Source: Octopus vulgaris (taxonomy: Eukaryota). From it: a DNA stretch of 64,000 bases. Position numbers and translations under genes: made by a program. This document shows, one piece after another, positions 1-13,089 of the stretch; position 1 is the first letter of the stretch, and each line of letters starts with the position of its first letter. The notes beneath the pieces were generated by a model that worked only from the letters and a program-made list of their open reading frames with translations, had not been told where the DNA came from and did not search any database. Location of the stretch: contig OX597837.1 of the NCBI GenBank assembly GCA_951406725.2, positions 22,754,001 through 22,818,000 of the forward strand, given 5' to 3'.

Positions 1-1089
1 ACTGATAGAAACATAAAAGCAGCGTATTTCATTGGAAATACAGCCATGAAAGGGTTGAGGTTTGTTTAACGAAGAAAGAGAAAAACAATGAAACCAAAGC
101 CATAGCCAAGCCGACTTACTGTAGGATGATAAAAGTAAAAGGCGACTGGAATTAAGTACAGCTGGAATGTAATAAGTTGGAGATAATTTGATGGGAAATG
201 TTTTTCTTTAATAGGAAAATTAGATTTTGCTTGTCAGAAGTAAATATAATTATAAACACAAATATATCTTTTGAATGTATGAGAGAATAAAACTGCTAAT
301 ATAGAATGAAGAATGTTAACACTCGTGTTTGTGCGTGCAAGTACGCATGCACTTGTGAGAGTATGAGTTTGACTGTTAGTTGCAGATGTATGTGTGTGTA
401 TATATGTGGGTGTTTACTTGTGTATGCAAAGACGTGTGTGTGTGTGTTTGTACAAGTATATGAATGTATGTGTGAGTGTGAAAGAGAGAGAGCTATTTAT
501 TAGGACTTTGGAAAATAGGTTCCTAAGTCTTTTAATCTCTTTACTCATTCTCTTCCATCAGTGGAATATAAGGTTAATTTGTCTAATTTTCCAAATAATA
601 TAATCTGTAACACATATACTCTTGTAAGTTACAGTTTAGCATCAACAGAACATTGGTAAACAAACCATTTCTCAAGCAATTCCACTCTTTATTCTTGGTT
701 TGATTACCATTTGGGGAATCAACAGAACTGTTGAAGAGTTGGAAAGAAATGCTTTGCAGTATTCATTCTAGCTCTTTACACTCTACTTTCAAATCTTCCT
801 GAGGTCATGTTTGCCTTTCATCATTCTAGGGGTCAAAAAAATAAAATATCAGCCAAGAGCTAAGGTTAATATAATTAACTGTTCTCCCACCCCTGCCGTG
901 CCAAACTTCTGGCTCTGCACCTATGTTAAAAACAATTATTAAATTCAAATCTGGCTTTAACTGGTCAGACCTGTCTGCCATACAAACAAAGCTAATTATG
1001 AGCTAATGAGGGAGTTGCTATGTGGTTAGTCAACTTACTAGAAATAGATATTATATTGTCATCTTTAAAATGAAAAAGATGCATTAGAT

Positions 1090-1738
1090 CAGTGTTTCTC
1101 TACCATTTTTTGCCTATGGACCCCTTTGATTCCCGTTTTACTCAGGCAGACCCTCATAGCCACACCATTACATTTTTATAATTAAATACTCTTTTACTTG
1201 TTTCAGTCATTTGACTGAAGCCATGCTGGAGCACCGCCTTTAGTCGAGCAAATCGACCCCAGGATTTATTCTTTGGAAGCCTAGTACTTATTCTATTGGT
1301 CTCTTTTGCCAAACCGCTAAGTTATGGGGATGTAAACACACCAGCATCAGTTGTCAAGCGATGTTGGGGGGACAAACACAGACACACACACACACATATA
1401 TATACATATATATAACGGGCTTCTTTCAGTTTCCGTCTACCAAATCTACTCACAAGGCTTTGGTCAGCCTGAGGCTATAGTAGAAGACACTTTCTCAAGG
1501 TGCCACACAGTGGGACTGAACCCGGAACCATGTGGTTGGTAAGCAAGCTACTTACCACACAGCCACTCCTGCACCTCCACACAGCCACTCCTGTGCTTTT
1601 TAGGAATTGTATAAAAAAACATCATTTAAATATTTTGTGTATTGGAGAAGTATAAGCAATTTCTTGCACATAAATTTTTACAACAAAATCTGATATGGAC
1701 ATTCCAAGGGTCATATAGATACTGGTTGAGAACCACTG
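1090..1738. mobile_element. hAT (Charlie-like) MITE interrupted by a SINE
   Basis: Termini CAGTGTTTCTC / GAGAACCACTG; imperfect 8-bp TSD cattagat/aattatat. Confidence 0.7.
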
Positions 1739-2008
1739 AATTATATAATGTAGCCCAGAGTAGATGGTATGGTCAAGGCTGGAATACCTTTAACGCTTTA
1801 GCACTCAGATTTCTGTCTAATGTAATGCTTATTTATCACATTGTTTGAATTAATGTGCTATCTTGTAGCTTTGAGATTTTGATGACATGAGTGTTTATTT
1901 TTAGAATAATATCGTAGGATAAGTGTGAAAGGCTGGATCTGACCAATTTGAAGATAATACAGGTAGATTATCTCTCTTTCTTTCACACACACACAGAGAT
2001 TTATTTAC

Positions 2009-2040
2009 TTTTCTCTTTGGCTCTTGAAAGTTTCCCTATA
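2009..2040 (-). CDS. Weak candidate 32-nt exon (YRETFKSQRE in phase 0)
   Basis: Strong acceptor gtttctgttttcattcacag, gtaaat donor; no recognisable homology. Confidence 0.2.
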
Positions 2041-2344
2041 CTGTGAATGAAAACAGAAACATGAACCTTGGAGAAGAAACAAAAGCTTTAATATAAATTA
2101 ATAAAACTTTATAGTATGAAGTGAAATCTTACTCCCACCTTGTTTGTTAATACACACACATGCAATATAAATACATACATATTTCAAAACATAGGCTCAT
2201 AGAATGCTAGCTTTTTATTTTATTATGACTTTCTGACTTTACAAGACTTTTATATACAAGTGTATACAAGTATACAAGTGAGATTCAATGGCTTCTTCTA
2301 TAAGTAAAAATCTTCATCAATTAATAAAGCAGACCTCAGAGACT

Positions 2345-2390
2345 ATATAATCACTGATGAGGTTGAACAGACCAAAACATGTCTATATCT
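2345..2390 (+). ncRNA. Degenerate hammerhead motif
   Basis: CTGATGA-GGT tgaacag ACC-AAAA(GAAA with G>A)-CATG-TC. Confidence 0.45.
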
Positions 2391-2927
2391 GTAAGCAAGA
2401 ACTGGATTTTCCTTAAGCATGTAAATTAAGAACCACTGAATTAGATAATGTAGCCCAGGAAGATCCATTTAACACTTTAGTATTCCATTCAGATTACTAA
2501 GTTAAATGTAATGTTTATTTCACAATGACATTGTAGGATAAGTGTGAGAAGCCAGATCAGGTCAGTTTGAACATAAAACAGATCGAATATTTGGGACTGG
2601 GTACGGCCAGTTTCAATGGTTAATAATGCATAAGGCTGTGAAATTCATCTCATGGGACAAGTTTCAGCTTAGAATTTAACAGCATTTGTGTTTTATTATT
2701 AAATGGTTCTACCAAGATGGAGATGCTTCAGTTTCAAGACAAACCCAAATCAAGACATTTGCTAAACAAAGGTGAAGTCATAATTATCAAAGATGAAGTT
2801 ATAATTATCTCCACCTTTTAATAATAATTGCTAAAAAAATTTTTGTTTTTGTATTTTTCTTGCAACTGAAATGAAAATTTTAATTAATTAAGAATATTTT
2901 GTATTATACAGCCTTCAACAACAACAT

Positions 2928-2965
<38 letters not shown>

Positions 2966-3423
2966 GATGTATGTATTTATTGGCCAATTGTCCATAAATC
3001 AGAAAAAAAAGCACACTTTAAAAGAAATGTGTGGTTTCTTTTATATTATCAAATAGTAAAATAGTATATTCTTGGTTATAGCATATCATAGGTCAGAAAG
3101 TTAGCATTGCTTTCCCAATTTTAAACTTGGCAATACAGATAACTCATCAGACCTACAGGCCAGAAGCACATAGACTCTTTAATGCTGGAGGTAAATATAC
3201 AATCTTGATAAATGCGAAAAAGAAAACAAGCGATAAAAAAACCCCCTTCTCTGAGAGGGAAAGAGTTGTCTCCCTTGTAGGAATTTTGGCCATGCCTGTA
3301 GATTTTTTTTTTGTTATCACATCTGCAAAAAGGGAAGACGACATACAGGCAAAATCAATAAATTTTTCACCAGTTATGTCATAACCAGGAATATACTATT
3401 TGACAACGTAAGGTAAATATACG

Positions 3424-4309
3424 CAGGGTGTTTCAGCTAAATTTGATGACTTTTATGCCTCCTTTTTTTTCAGGGACAACTTGATGAAAATTGGTCAATG
3501 GAGTTGGAGAGCATAAAGATTAAAGTTGTAGTTGAGAAAAAGTTAGTTGAAATGGAGGATTGGAAGCTATTGGAATGAAGGAAGAGAGCTACCTGTATCA
3601 TGATGATTCACACCTGGTATCAAAATGCCAACATCATGACTGCTGCTCTAAGCTCTGTGAACACTGTAAAGGCTGCAAGAGGTGATATGGACATCATGAA
3701 AACCAGGTTCCCCCAAATTGTGATGGTCTTTGAATGTGACTCCAGAGAGGGTGACATCATGCATCCCACATATTTGGACAGGGCCTTAGGCTCAATTTAG
3801 ACAACTAAGTGAAGCTGCAGGGGACTGTGGTCAAATCCTGGCTGGAGAGAGTTGTTATTGGAAGGCCATATTTTGGCAACAGGATTTGGATCTTTGCTAT
3901 ACCTCTGGAAAGAGTCAGAAGTGGTTGTTGGAGAACTTCTATGACTTCAGTTGCTTCAATTTCTGGCCTCATAATTCCCTTGGTTGTAATCCCAAGGGTT
4001 ATGATGTGTGATGCACTGTTGAGAATGATACCAATTGCTCGGCCTGCAACACCAGGGCTGAGCTGGTGGTCAAGATCAAGGAGATGCTTGAAGATCATCC
4101 CATGGACAAAGTGAGAAATACATGCATCAGGTTCCAGAACCATCTTGGGCCATGGTTGAAGATGAGAGCAGCTACTTAGAGTAAACTGTTATTTCCCAGT
4201 CATAATCTGTTCAATATTTTTTGATTGTTTAAAATATTTTTACTTTTGGATGGCATATTGTATTTTCTTTTCCTTTTATGCAAACTATCAAATTTAGCCT
4301 AACATTCTG
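3424..4309 (+). mobile_element. Decayed Tc1/mariner-superfamily transposon (DD37D/maT-like)
   Basis: TIRs cagggtgtttcagctaaatttgat / atcaaatttagcctaacattctg; frameshifted transposase remnants (FPQIVMVF, WLERV..GRPY, WP.NS...NP..Y). Confidence 0.8.
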
Positions 4310-5244
4310 TGTGTGTGTCATATACATTAATTTTTCAAGTCCACAAATAATGAATATTCATACACCAAAGCACTGTAAAAGGAACATAAAAAACATTTAT
4401 ATATAAGTTAAACAGATAAGTGAAGTGAGAGAATAGTTGTTTATTCTCTTAGCTTACAGCTGTTTCATAATCATATTAGTTATATAGCAGACATTATATC
4501 ACCATTCACATGTATATAAAACATACATACATCTAAAAACAAAAGATAGTGACAACAGTTTAGAGAGCAAAATTGGATTTTTTTGGTCAACGATTTTTAA
4601 TAAATAAACAAATGAATCCTGCCAGGAAAAGAAAAACGGACATTATGTACTTTTTAAAAAATAACTTAATTGATGGTTAATAGATTTATAAAATTAATGA
4701 TTATTCTGTTTGACAATTTACCAAACATTACTTTATTATTACTTTTTAGCTTTTTTTGGTTTATTTAATTCCCTCCCCCAGTGAAAAAAAAAAAGTAACA
4801 GTAAGGTGCTTTAGAATATAGAATTTTGCATAAAACAGTAACTGGATACACATGAGTTCATAACAAAACTAAGAATTGATAAGCGTGCTGTATGTAGAAC
4901 TCTAACTAACAGAAAAAAAAAACTTGTAGGAAAGAAAAAATATAAACAACCACCAAGGAAAATACAAAAAAAAGTTTGTTACACGACCAAGAATTTAAAA
5001 AAAAAAATCACTAAAAATAAGACATAAGTAGCCAGTGGTGACCATGTGCACATCCAAGTGTTACTAGCAACTAACTACTGTTAACTAACTAAATACTAAG
5101 TATAGAAGCATTGAGAAGGTGTGGTGTGTTTTTGATAGCAATATGATGGTGAGTCAGGGATGGGGGTGATGGATAATGGTGACAGCAGAACAGTACCTTG
5201 TGACACACTAACTAATACCTGTACATACATACACACATACATAC

Positions 5245-5281
<37 letters not shown>

Positions 5282-7134
5282 TACACTTGAAGAAGGGTTG
5301 TGGGGTTTCAGCATAGCCTTGGCCTTGATGGAAATAAACTAACAGATGTGTGTCAGTGTGAGTGTACACATCTATGTATATACTTTCACAAGTTTTAGTC
5401 ACTGGAGCAGGTAGCTCTTGATACTTAGTCTGGAGTTAATTTTAAGGATTTTTCATTGAATAAGATACATTTCTTCCAGAGTTACCTCTCTTTTGCAAAT
5501 GCATATGCTGCATTGTATTTACACCGACTTACATACATTGTCGTTTTTACAGTCTAGCTATATTTAATGCAAGGTATTCGTCAATTTGAAACTAAGATAT
5601 TTTCTCAAGGTGACCCGCAGTGGGATCACACTCAGGACCATACAGCTGTGAAGTAAACACCTAAAACCCACAGTCATGCTAGTACCCTTGTACCCATGTA
5701 CACACACACAACCATAGCCATGTCTTTAAGTGTAACCTTGTGAATAGAACTGGCAGACAGGAAACTGTATTGAGCTAACTCTTTCATGTAAAAAAAAATT
5801 GAGGCAATAGAAACACTACACATAACCTTTCTCCTATCCAGACATATAACCGCTGTCAGACTTTCTTGGTCAGAGGTTATGTTACCTCCTTTACAAATGT
5901 GTTTGAATACATTCCAGGTCAAAGATTCATTACTGATATTGTCTGGAGATCTAACATACAGTCAAGCCTCCAGAGGCTAGTTGGTTTCCTTACACATTAC
6001 CTCAGGAATTTGGTTTGACTGTCCATTTCACGAAGATGGTATTCATGAGCCAAGATGTCACTAAAGTCCCCAGTATCAGAATAGGTAATAATATCAAATG
6101 AATAAAGGATGAATTCAGCTACTTAGAACCAACAGGCTCTCCAAACCTATTCCTCAAACCAAAGAACAGCAAGCAGATAGTGAAAGCTACTGGTGCCATG
6201 ATCAAGTTCTTAAAGGGTTTGGCAAAATACCAACTCCACCACAGATAGAGATTGCTGTATACAAAGTCTTATGTATTGTGTGCTCGAGAAGACCCGGCAA
6301 GCCAGATGAAACCATAACCTGTGGTCTATGCCAGGAGCATAACCAGCCCGCTTATGTGTACCTTTTCCTTCTTTGGTCACTAAACTCTGCTTGTGAAGAC
6401 CTGTTGAGGCAAGTGAAATCAAAATCAATTCGATGACTGGCATCCGTGCTAGCAGGGTGCAAAGAGCACCATATGAGTGTGATCGTTGACAGAGCAGCTA
6501 TTCAAGTATGATTGTTACCAGCGTTGCCTTACTGGCACTTATGCCTGTGCTAGCATGATGCCAAGAACACCATCTGAGTGTGATCGTTGTGATCGTTGCC
6601 AGAGCAGCCAACTGGCTTCCGTACCCGTGGCACGTAAAAGGGCACCAATCGAGCGTGATCGTTACCAACGTCGCTTCACTGGCACCTGTGTCGGTAGCAC
6701 GTGTAAAAAGAAGGGCTAGATCACATACATGCATCAAGAGCACTGCAATAACAGATTTTATGTGTTGCATCTTCATTATTAGCCTTTATGTGCAGCAGCT
6801 GTGCTAAGGACTGCAATGCTGAGATTGAGTTAACCATGCTTCTGAGATGATAATTGGGTACATCCATCATCAATTCAAATTAATGGAACCATCAGTATGT
6901 GTGTTTATGTTTGTGTGTTTAAGTTTACTGACATTGAGCTGCTTCCCTTTATGCTAAATATGCAACTTAGCAATTCAATAAATACGAGACTGAAATAAAT
7001 ACTGGGGTATCAATAAGATAAACTATGTGGTGACTCAGAGATAGTCACGGTTCAAAGACTGAAAGCAATAACAGAACACACACACACACCAGGCTCTACT
7101 CACATACACATATGCATTTATAGTAAACACTCAC

Positions 7135-7458
7135 ATGTGAGGTATACTTGCCATCTCTATATATGGCTAACCACTAAGGGTGAGTGTTACTGTAGCTTGT
7201 AGCCCCAGCATACGACAATCGCCGGTTTTCGAAAACCGGTGATTGTCGTACGCTGATGACAGGTCAAAACCTAGAAACTGCAGTCCGTGCGTATCACTTA
7301 GGTTGACGAGGGAAGGGTGACCTCCCTTTGCAAATACCACAAGGGCACGGAAAGTGTGCCTAAAGCCAGCTGGAGACGATGTTCTCCTGGGGCTACAAGC
7401 TACAGTAACACCCACCCTTAGTGGTTAGCCCTATTGAGATGGCAAGTATACCTCACAT
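7135..7458. mobile_element. Fold-back Penelope-like/retrozyme-like element with hammerhead
   Basis: Inverted arms about 7135-7208 and 7387-7458 enclose a 40-bp palindrome (7211-7250) and a hammerhead. Confidence 0.7.
7247..7291 (+). ncRNA. Minimal type-I hammerhead ribozyme motif
   Basis: Stem I CGTACG/CGTGCG; core CTGATGA; stem II AGGT-caaa-ACCT; GAAA; palindromic stem III ACTGCAGT; GUC site (cleavage after 7285). Confidence 0.85.
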
Positions 7459-8189
7459 TGTCGTACAGTTACTGTTTATATCTCGTTCACAGATTTATTA
7501 TTACTCACATGTGCTTGTAACACAAAACAAACAAAAACCACATTTATCTTTCCATTTATTTTTAAATGTCAGCTGTATGGCTTATAGTTTATATACTTTC
7601 AACTTGAAACAGCAAACACTGTATTTTTCTTAATTTTAAATATTCATTTATATTTCAGTAGCAAAACAAATGACAGACGTTTATTTTTAGACATATATTT
7701 TGTTTCTAAATATCTTTCAAATATCTATTATGGCAATAATATCTATGGGAGTTATCCGAATAAATCCTTTTAAATATTATATTATATTACTTTACAGATT
7801 TTTTATGATAGGAACTGATTAACTAAGTACAAAGGATTTTTCTGCATAATTCATACCATTTCCATACCAAGTTTCCAATAAGTTATGTATGTTTACTTCT
7901 TTATAAATTTTGATAAATATTCTATTGAAATATACAATATGTAAGTATGTGTATATACATGTATATTTATGTGTGTATATATATAAATACACATACACAC
8001 AAACATATATATTAATCTAAGGAATTCCAACTTTGTCTCTTTTCACATTTTATTTACAATCTTGTGATAATATAATATAATGAAATGATAGAATATTAAA
8101 TGTTCGTTCTGATTGAACTAGTACTTTCATGCATTAAACCAATATGTTCTTCTATACACTATCATACACGCCCGTGTATATATACCCAT

Positions 8190-8238
8190 AAATACACACA
8201 TATATATGTCCATATATATATATATGCATAAATACATA

Positions 8239-8286
<48 letters not shown>

Positions 8287-8365
8287 TATGAATACATATA
8301 TATATGTCTATATATATATATATATACATAAATACATATGTCTATATATATACTCTTTACTCTTT

Positions 8366-8401
<36 letters not shown>

Positions 8402-8453
8402 CACACACACACATATATATATACATATGAATACATATATATATATGTCTATA

Positions 8454-8489
<36 letters not shown>

Positions 8490-8515
8490 CGTATATACAT
8501 ATATATATATATATC

Positions 8516-8549
<34 letters not shown>

Positions 8550-8590
8550 CGTATATACATATATATATGTATATATACATACATATCTCT
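8190..8590. repeat. Compound (TA)/(CA) microsatellite with higher-order units
   Basis: Repeated aatacatatgtctata and tacgtatatacat units. Confidence 0.9.
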
Positions 8591-8997
8591 CTTTCTCTCT
8601 TTTACTTGTTTCAGTCATTTGACTGCGGCCATGCTGGAGCACCGCTTTTAATCAAGCAACTCGACCCCGGGACTTATTCTTTGTAAGCCCAGTACTTATT
8701 CTATCGGTCTCTTTTGCCGAACCGCTAAGTGATGGGGACATAAACATACCAGCATTGGTTGTCAAGCGATGGTGGGGGGACAAACACAGACATACAAACA
8801 TACATGCACACATATATATATACATATATACAACGCGCTTCTTTCAGTTTCCGTCTACCAAATCCACTCACAAGGCTTTGGTCGGCCCAAGGCTATAGTA
8901 GAAGACACTTGCCTAAGGTGTCACGCAGTGGGACTGAACCCGGAACCATGTGGTTGGTAAACAAGCTACTTACCACACAGCCACACACACATATACG

Positions 8998-9030
<33 letters not shown>

Positions 9031-9031
<1 letters not shown>

Positions 9032-9216
9032 CATAAGGAAAAAAGTCAAGGTAGAAAATTCTAAAATAATTTAATCATAAAAAACATTTTTGGATCTGTG
9101 TTTCTGAGTATTGACCTGTCATCAGCGTGATGACGAGTCAATACCCAGTGACTTGGGTCCTAAAATGTTTTTTATGATTAAATTATTTTGGCATTTATAC
9201 CTTGATTTTTTTCATT

Positions 9217-9220
<4 letters not shown>
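9031..9220. mobile_element. Fold-back element in (TA)n with head-to-head decayed hammerheads
   Basis: Inverted arms of about 95 bp; termini resemble those of 56213-56640. Confidence 0.7.
9091..9127 (-). ncRNA. Degenerate hammerhead motif
   Basis: cg-CTGATGA-caggtcaatactca-GAAA-CACAGA-TC, similar to the 7247 copy; stems partly broken; a more decayed copy runs on + at about 9127-9160. Confidence 0.55.
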
Positions 9221-9259
<39 letters not shown>

Positions 9260-11486
9260 TCATTAGATTGATACCATGCTGGGGTACTGCATTCTAGGTA
9301 CTCATTTTAAGTGGCTAAGAATTTCCAGAGTTATATCCCTTCTGAAGAATTACCTCCTCCTTTACTTGACCTAAATATAAGTTTTTATCACACACATGCA
9401 CACAGTCACACACATACGCACACAGTGGCTGGGCTTTCAAATAGATTTCATGTAACAAATTTCTCTTATAAATGCATTGGTTAGCCCGAGACTATGGTAG
9501 AAGTTGGACCCCAGATGTCATGTAAATTGAATGAAACGTAAAGCCATGTGGTTACTAAGCACAAAAGCACATTTTTTAACCACATTTTTTAACCACATAA
9601 GCATCAACATGTAAAATGGAATGATTGATATCTCTTGTTTACCATGAATTGGAATTGTTACCTTTTCGCAAAGGAAGAACCCTTATTCAAAGAAATGTAG
9701 AGCGTGTGGAACACTACGAAGAATGATCCTGCCAGAATTATCAAAATTCACATCTTGCAGCACACGAACTTATATTTTATTAACTGTTTTTTTTTTCTGA
9801 TGCAGATTACTACTTATTTCCACAAACTAGTTTAGTTTACTTGGGATTTTTTTCTCCTCTTCCCCTATATTAGGTTAGATAGACAATATTAAGATCCTGG
9901 CTTTGTTTTTGTGTCTGCTTTAGATTTTAAGTGAATAACCCATGGAGAACGGATGTTAAACGATGATGATGACACATGCTTATCTTAAAATCTTCACTCT
10001 GGCTCCTTATTCTGCCAGTTTCACTGGTTGGGCTTTTTTTAATTAGCATCATCAATTAAAAGATGCTAAGTGTTTTCATAGATTATTTTCACTGCAGACC
10101 CTCTTTGAGTTCTTGCTGTTTGTAATCACTGATATGATAATGACTTCCTACATTGGTACATTGCTCAGAAACGAGTGAGGGTTAGCAACAGAAAGGACAT
10201 CCATCCGTCTATAGAAAATCTACCTCAATAAATGCTGTCCAATTCCATGCAAGTATGAAACAGTGAATGTCAAAGTGATGATGATGATAATGTACAAGGC
10301 TATAGATTTGTAAGGCAGGAATATGAAGAATGGAATTGATTCTCTATGTATATTACAGGTACATATTCTATCGATCATGACATGATGGAAGCTGAAGTCA
10401 ACCCTGCTATGATTTCAATGCGAAACCCCAATAAGGACACATGTAAATACTATTTATAAAAGCAGTTAGTTTATAACTCTACAGTGTTGGCCACATCAAG
10501 TGTTATTAATTAGCTGATAAAGGTGCAGGCAATTAGGAGCAGTATCCAAATTGTAGCCATAGCTAAAGAGGACACACAAAGACTTCAGATAATTAGTTAT
10601 GTCATTATCAGAGTTAACTTGCAAAACGTAATGAGAGGATTATTATGAGATAGAAAGATTGAGTGACACAGAAAGGGGGAGAGAAGGAGAAGGGTGGGGG
10701 ATAAAAACTTTAAAAAAACAAAAGAAATTCAAAACAAAATAAAACAGCTTGATGATAATAATCTAATGCTCCACCAGAAGTAAGAAGTAAACAGTTGAAC
10801 TTTGTGTACAAAAATTAGGAAACTGGTGCCTTATATGGAAGAGAAGGCAGCAGCAAGAAATAGACAAATATTTAAAAAGAAACAATAAAAAAACAAAAAA
10901 AACTAACTAAATAAAATGATTTATTCTTTAATAAGTTAATCAAGAGGGCGAGTAGGAAGGGCAGGTGGTGGTGGTGGTCAGCGCCATGATATTTTCTAGT
11001 CCCTTTTCTCAGATGGGGAAACTGATGCCCAGCCTAAACAGCTATAAGTCAATGTCCACAAGAAAAACACAGGTGAGGTGTAGGGAGGGAGATTATCACA
11101 AATAATAATAGTAGTAGTAGTAGTTGTTTGAGTACTAAATGTATTGGTAAAACAATAAGTACATTTGTCTCATAGCAACAAACTAGTTACTATAGTGATA
11201 ATTGTCTTGAAGCTGCTGAATAACACTGTTATTGAGGTCACCTAATTAGCACCGATGGTTATTTCAGCAGGAATGTGATGATGCCTAGGAATCTCAAAAG
11301 ACCGAGAGATTTACATAACTGTCCTTGTTGATGAAGAAAAAAGATTTTGTCTCTCTTAACACACACACACAGATCTCAGACCTGTGGAATCTTGAACTGA
11401 AAATAGATCTCTTGATGTGAGACAAGGACTAGTTTTTGAAGAGCAAAAGTTTATAGTTTATTAAGTCGGTAAAAGAGTATATATTA

Positions 11487-11659
11487 CAGGCGCAGGAGTG
11501 GCTGTGTGGTAAGTAGCTTGCTTACCAACCACATGGTTCCGGGTTCAGTCCCACTGTGTGGCACCTTGGGCAAGTGTCTCCTACTATAGCTTCGGGCTGA
11601 CCAAAGCCTTGTGAGTGGATTTTGTATAGAGACACTGAAAGCAGCCTGTCGTATATATG

Positions 11660-11721
<62 letters not shown>

Positions 11722-11942
11722 CGTGTGTGCATGTGTGTTTGTGTGTCTGTATTTGTCCCCCCAACATCGCTTGACAACCAATACTGGTGTGTTTGCGTCC
11801 CCGTAACTTAGCGGTTCAGCAAAAGAGACAGACAGAATAAATACTAGGCTTACAAAGAATAAGTCCTGGGGTCAATTTGCTCGACTAAAGGCGGTGCTCC
11901 AGCATGGCCACAGTCAAATGACTGAAACAAGTAAAAGAGTAC
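11487..11942 (+). mobile_element. SINE family A, tRNA head and CORE-like block, full length (other copies: - 1188-1575, 8595-8985, 36585-36750, 37215-37632, 39197-39610, 50717-51113, 52050-52421, 52520-52840, 53440-53832; + 20577-20950, 35254-35639)
   Basis: GGCTGTGTGGTAAG...GGTTCAGTCCC A/B boxes, GGCACCTTGGGCAAGTGTC, internal (TA/TG)n, tail GAAACAAGTAAAAGAGTA. Confidence 0.9.
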
Positions 11943-13047
11943 TGGTATTCAGATATTTTTAATTTTATCAATTTCTGAGAGACAAAATGCAAAGTCAACC
12001 CTGTTTGGAATGGAATGCTATAATGTAAGACACCAAAATACGAATGGGCAAAATATTTAGACTTGTGCTCAATTGCCTGCACCATCTACACCAAACTGAG
12101 AACTTGAAATATGAGCTGTGAAAGGAGAAGGCCTATAAGGGTGAGAGAGGAATGGGACAGACATAATATAGTTCTATGTGTTGGGCAGCAAAAGACGAAG
12201 AAAAAAGTGGTATTGTAGGACAGAGATGGTGGTGGCAGCGTCTAGCATATTAAATATAGGTTCACGTGGCAGTGGTTCGGTTGCAGAAATGTGGGGGAAC
12301 TGAAAGTAAGAAATAATGGAATATTTGTCACGCGTAAAACCATCAAAGGTGAGAGAACTTATTAAAGATATGTCATGAAACAGCTTGGTTGGGTCAAAAA
12401 GGTTTTACTGAGCCTCAACAAAGGAAATGACAAATGCTGTATGCAGGAAGAAACAAATTCAGTGTTGTCCGACTTATAGTGAAAAATCTTCAACAGAAAG
12501 ACATACACTTAAGCCCTAATTATGCTTCTAATATTCATACCTTGATATTCTACACAAATACACACATATACCCCAATAATGAACTATATATACACAATGA
12601 TTTAGATTTTAAGTATTCATAGAATAACCTCTCTAAGATAATTCTCCATTAATATTTAGAAGATCAACAGTGTTTATAAGTAACCAAAACCTTGCACAAT
12701 CTGCAATTAGTTGTGTGCATGGTCATGCATATTAAATTGATATCATCATCTTATGGCTAGTCTCTTTCACTGATTAATCCTCAAAGCAAACTCTAAATGA
12801 TGAAAGTGTTACGATTTCTAAATTGATAGTAGAGATTTAATTACTTCAGCAAGAGATGCTTGAAAGCGTGCCCTAATTAGTGGGGAGGGGCTGGGGAGTG
12901 TCTAGGTGAAGTGAGTGAGTGGGGAAGTGGACGGTGGAATGTGAAATGATGGTCAGCTGCAAAATTATTCCTCTAGAACATGACTGGCTCTGTAACAGCT
13001 AAATTATTGAGAATGTGGTAAAGAAAAGTTGCCAGTGCCAGGCTTAC

Positions 13048-13089
13048 CAAAGAAATTGCACCACTCCAACTGAGAGGAGGTTTCTTTTC
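13048..13089 (-). CDS. STXBP5: Candidate 42-nt cassette microexon of tomosyn: EKKPPLSWSGAISL
   Basis: gttcag acceptor, TTG|gtaagc donor, phase 0->0, stop-free, in repeat-poor unique sequence after exon F; no homology recognised. Confidence 0.5.

Noticed and set aside
1351-1542. Recurrent ORFs ending ...VSVYQIHSQGFG...EPCGW
   Set aside because: Antisense translation of SINE family A, not a gene family.
7183-7210. gttactgtagcttgtagcccc, loosely twister-ribozyme-like
   Set aside because: The twister pseudoknot pairings and conserved UAA and GAGGG segments could not be found.
7167-7415. 82-aa ORF
   Set aside because: Chance ORF across the fold-back element; no recognisable domain.
9662-9728. 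AG...GT-bounded 67-nt minus-strand segment with CpGs
   Set aside because: Stop codon in the phase-0 frame needed after exon F or the microexon; no tomosyn similarity.
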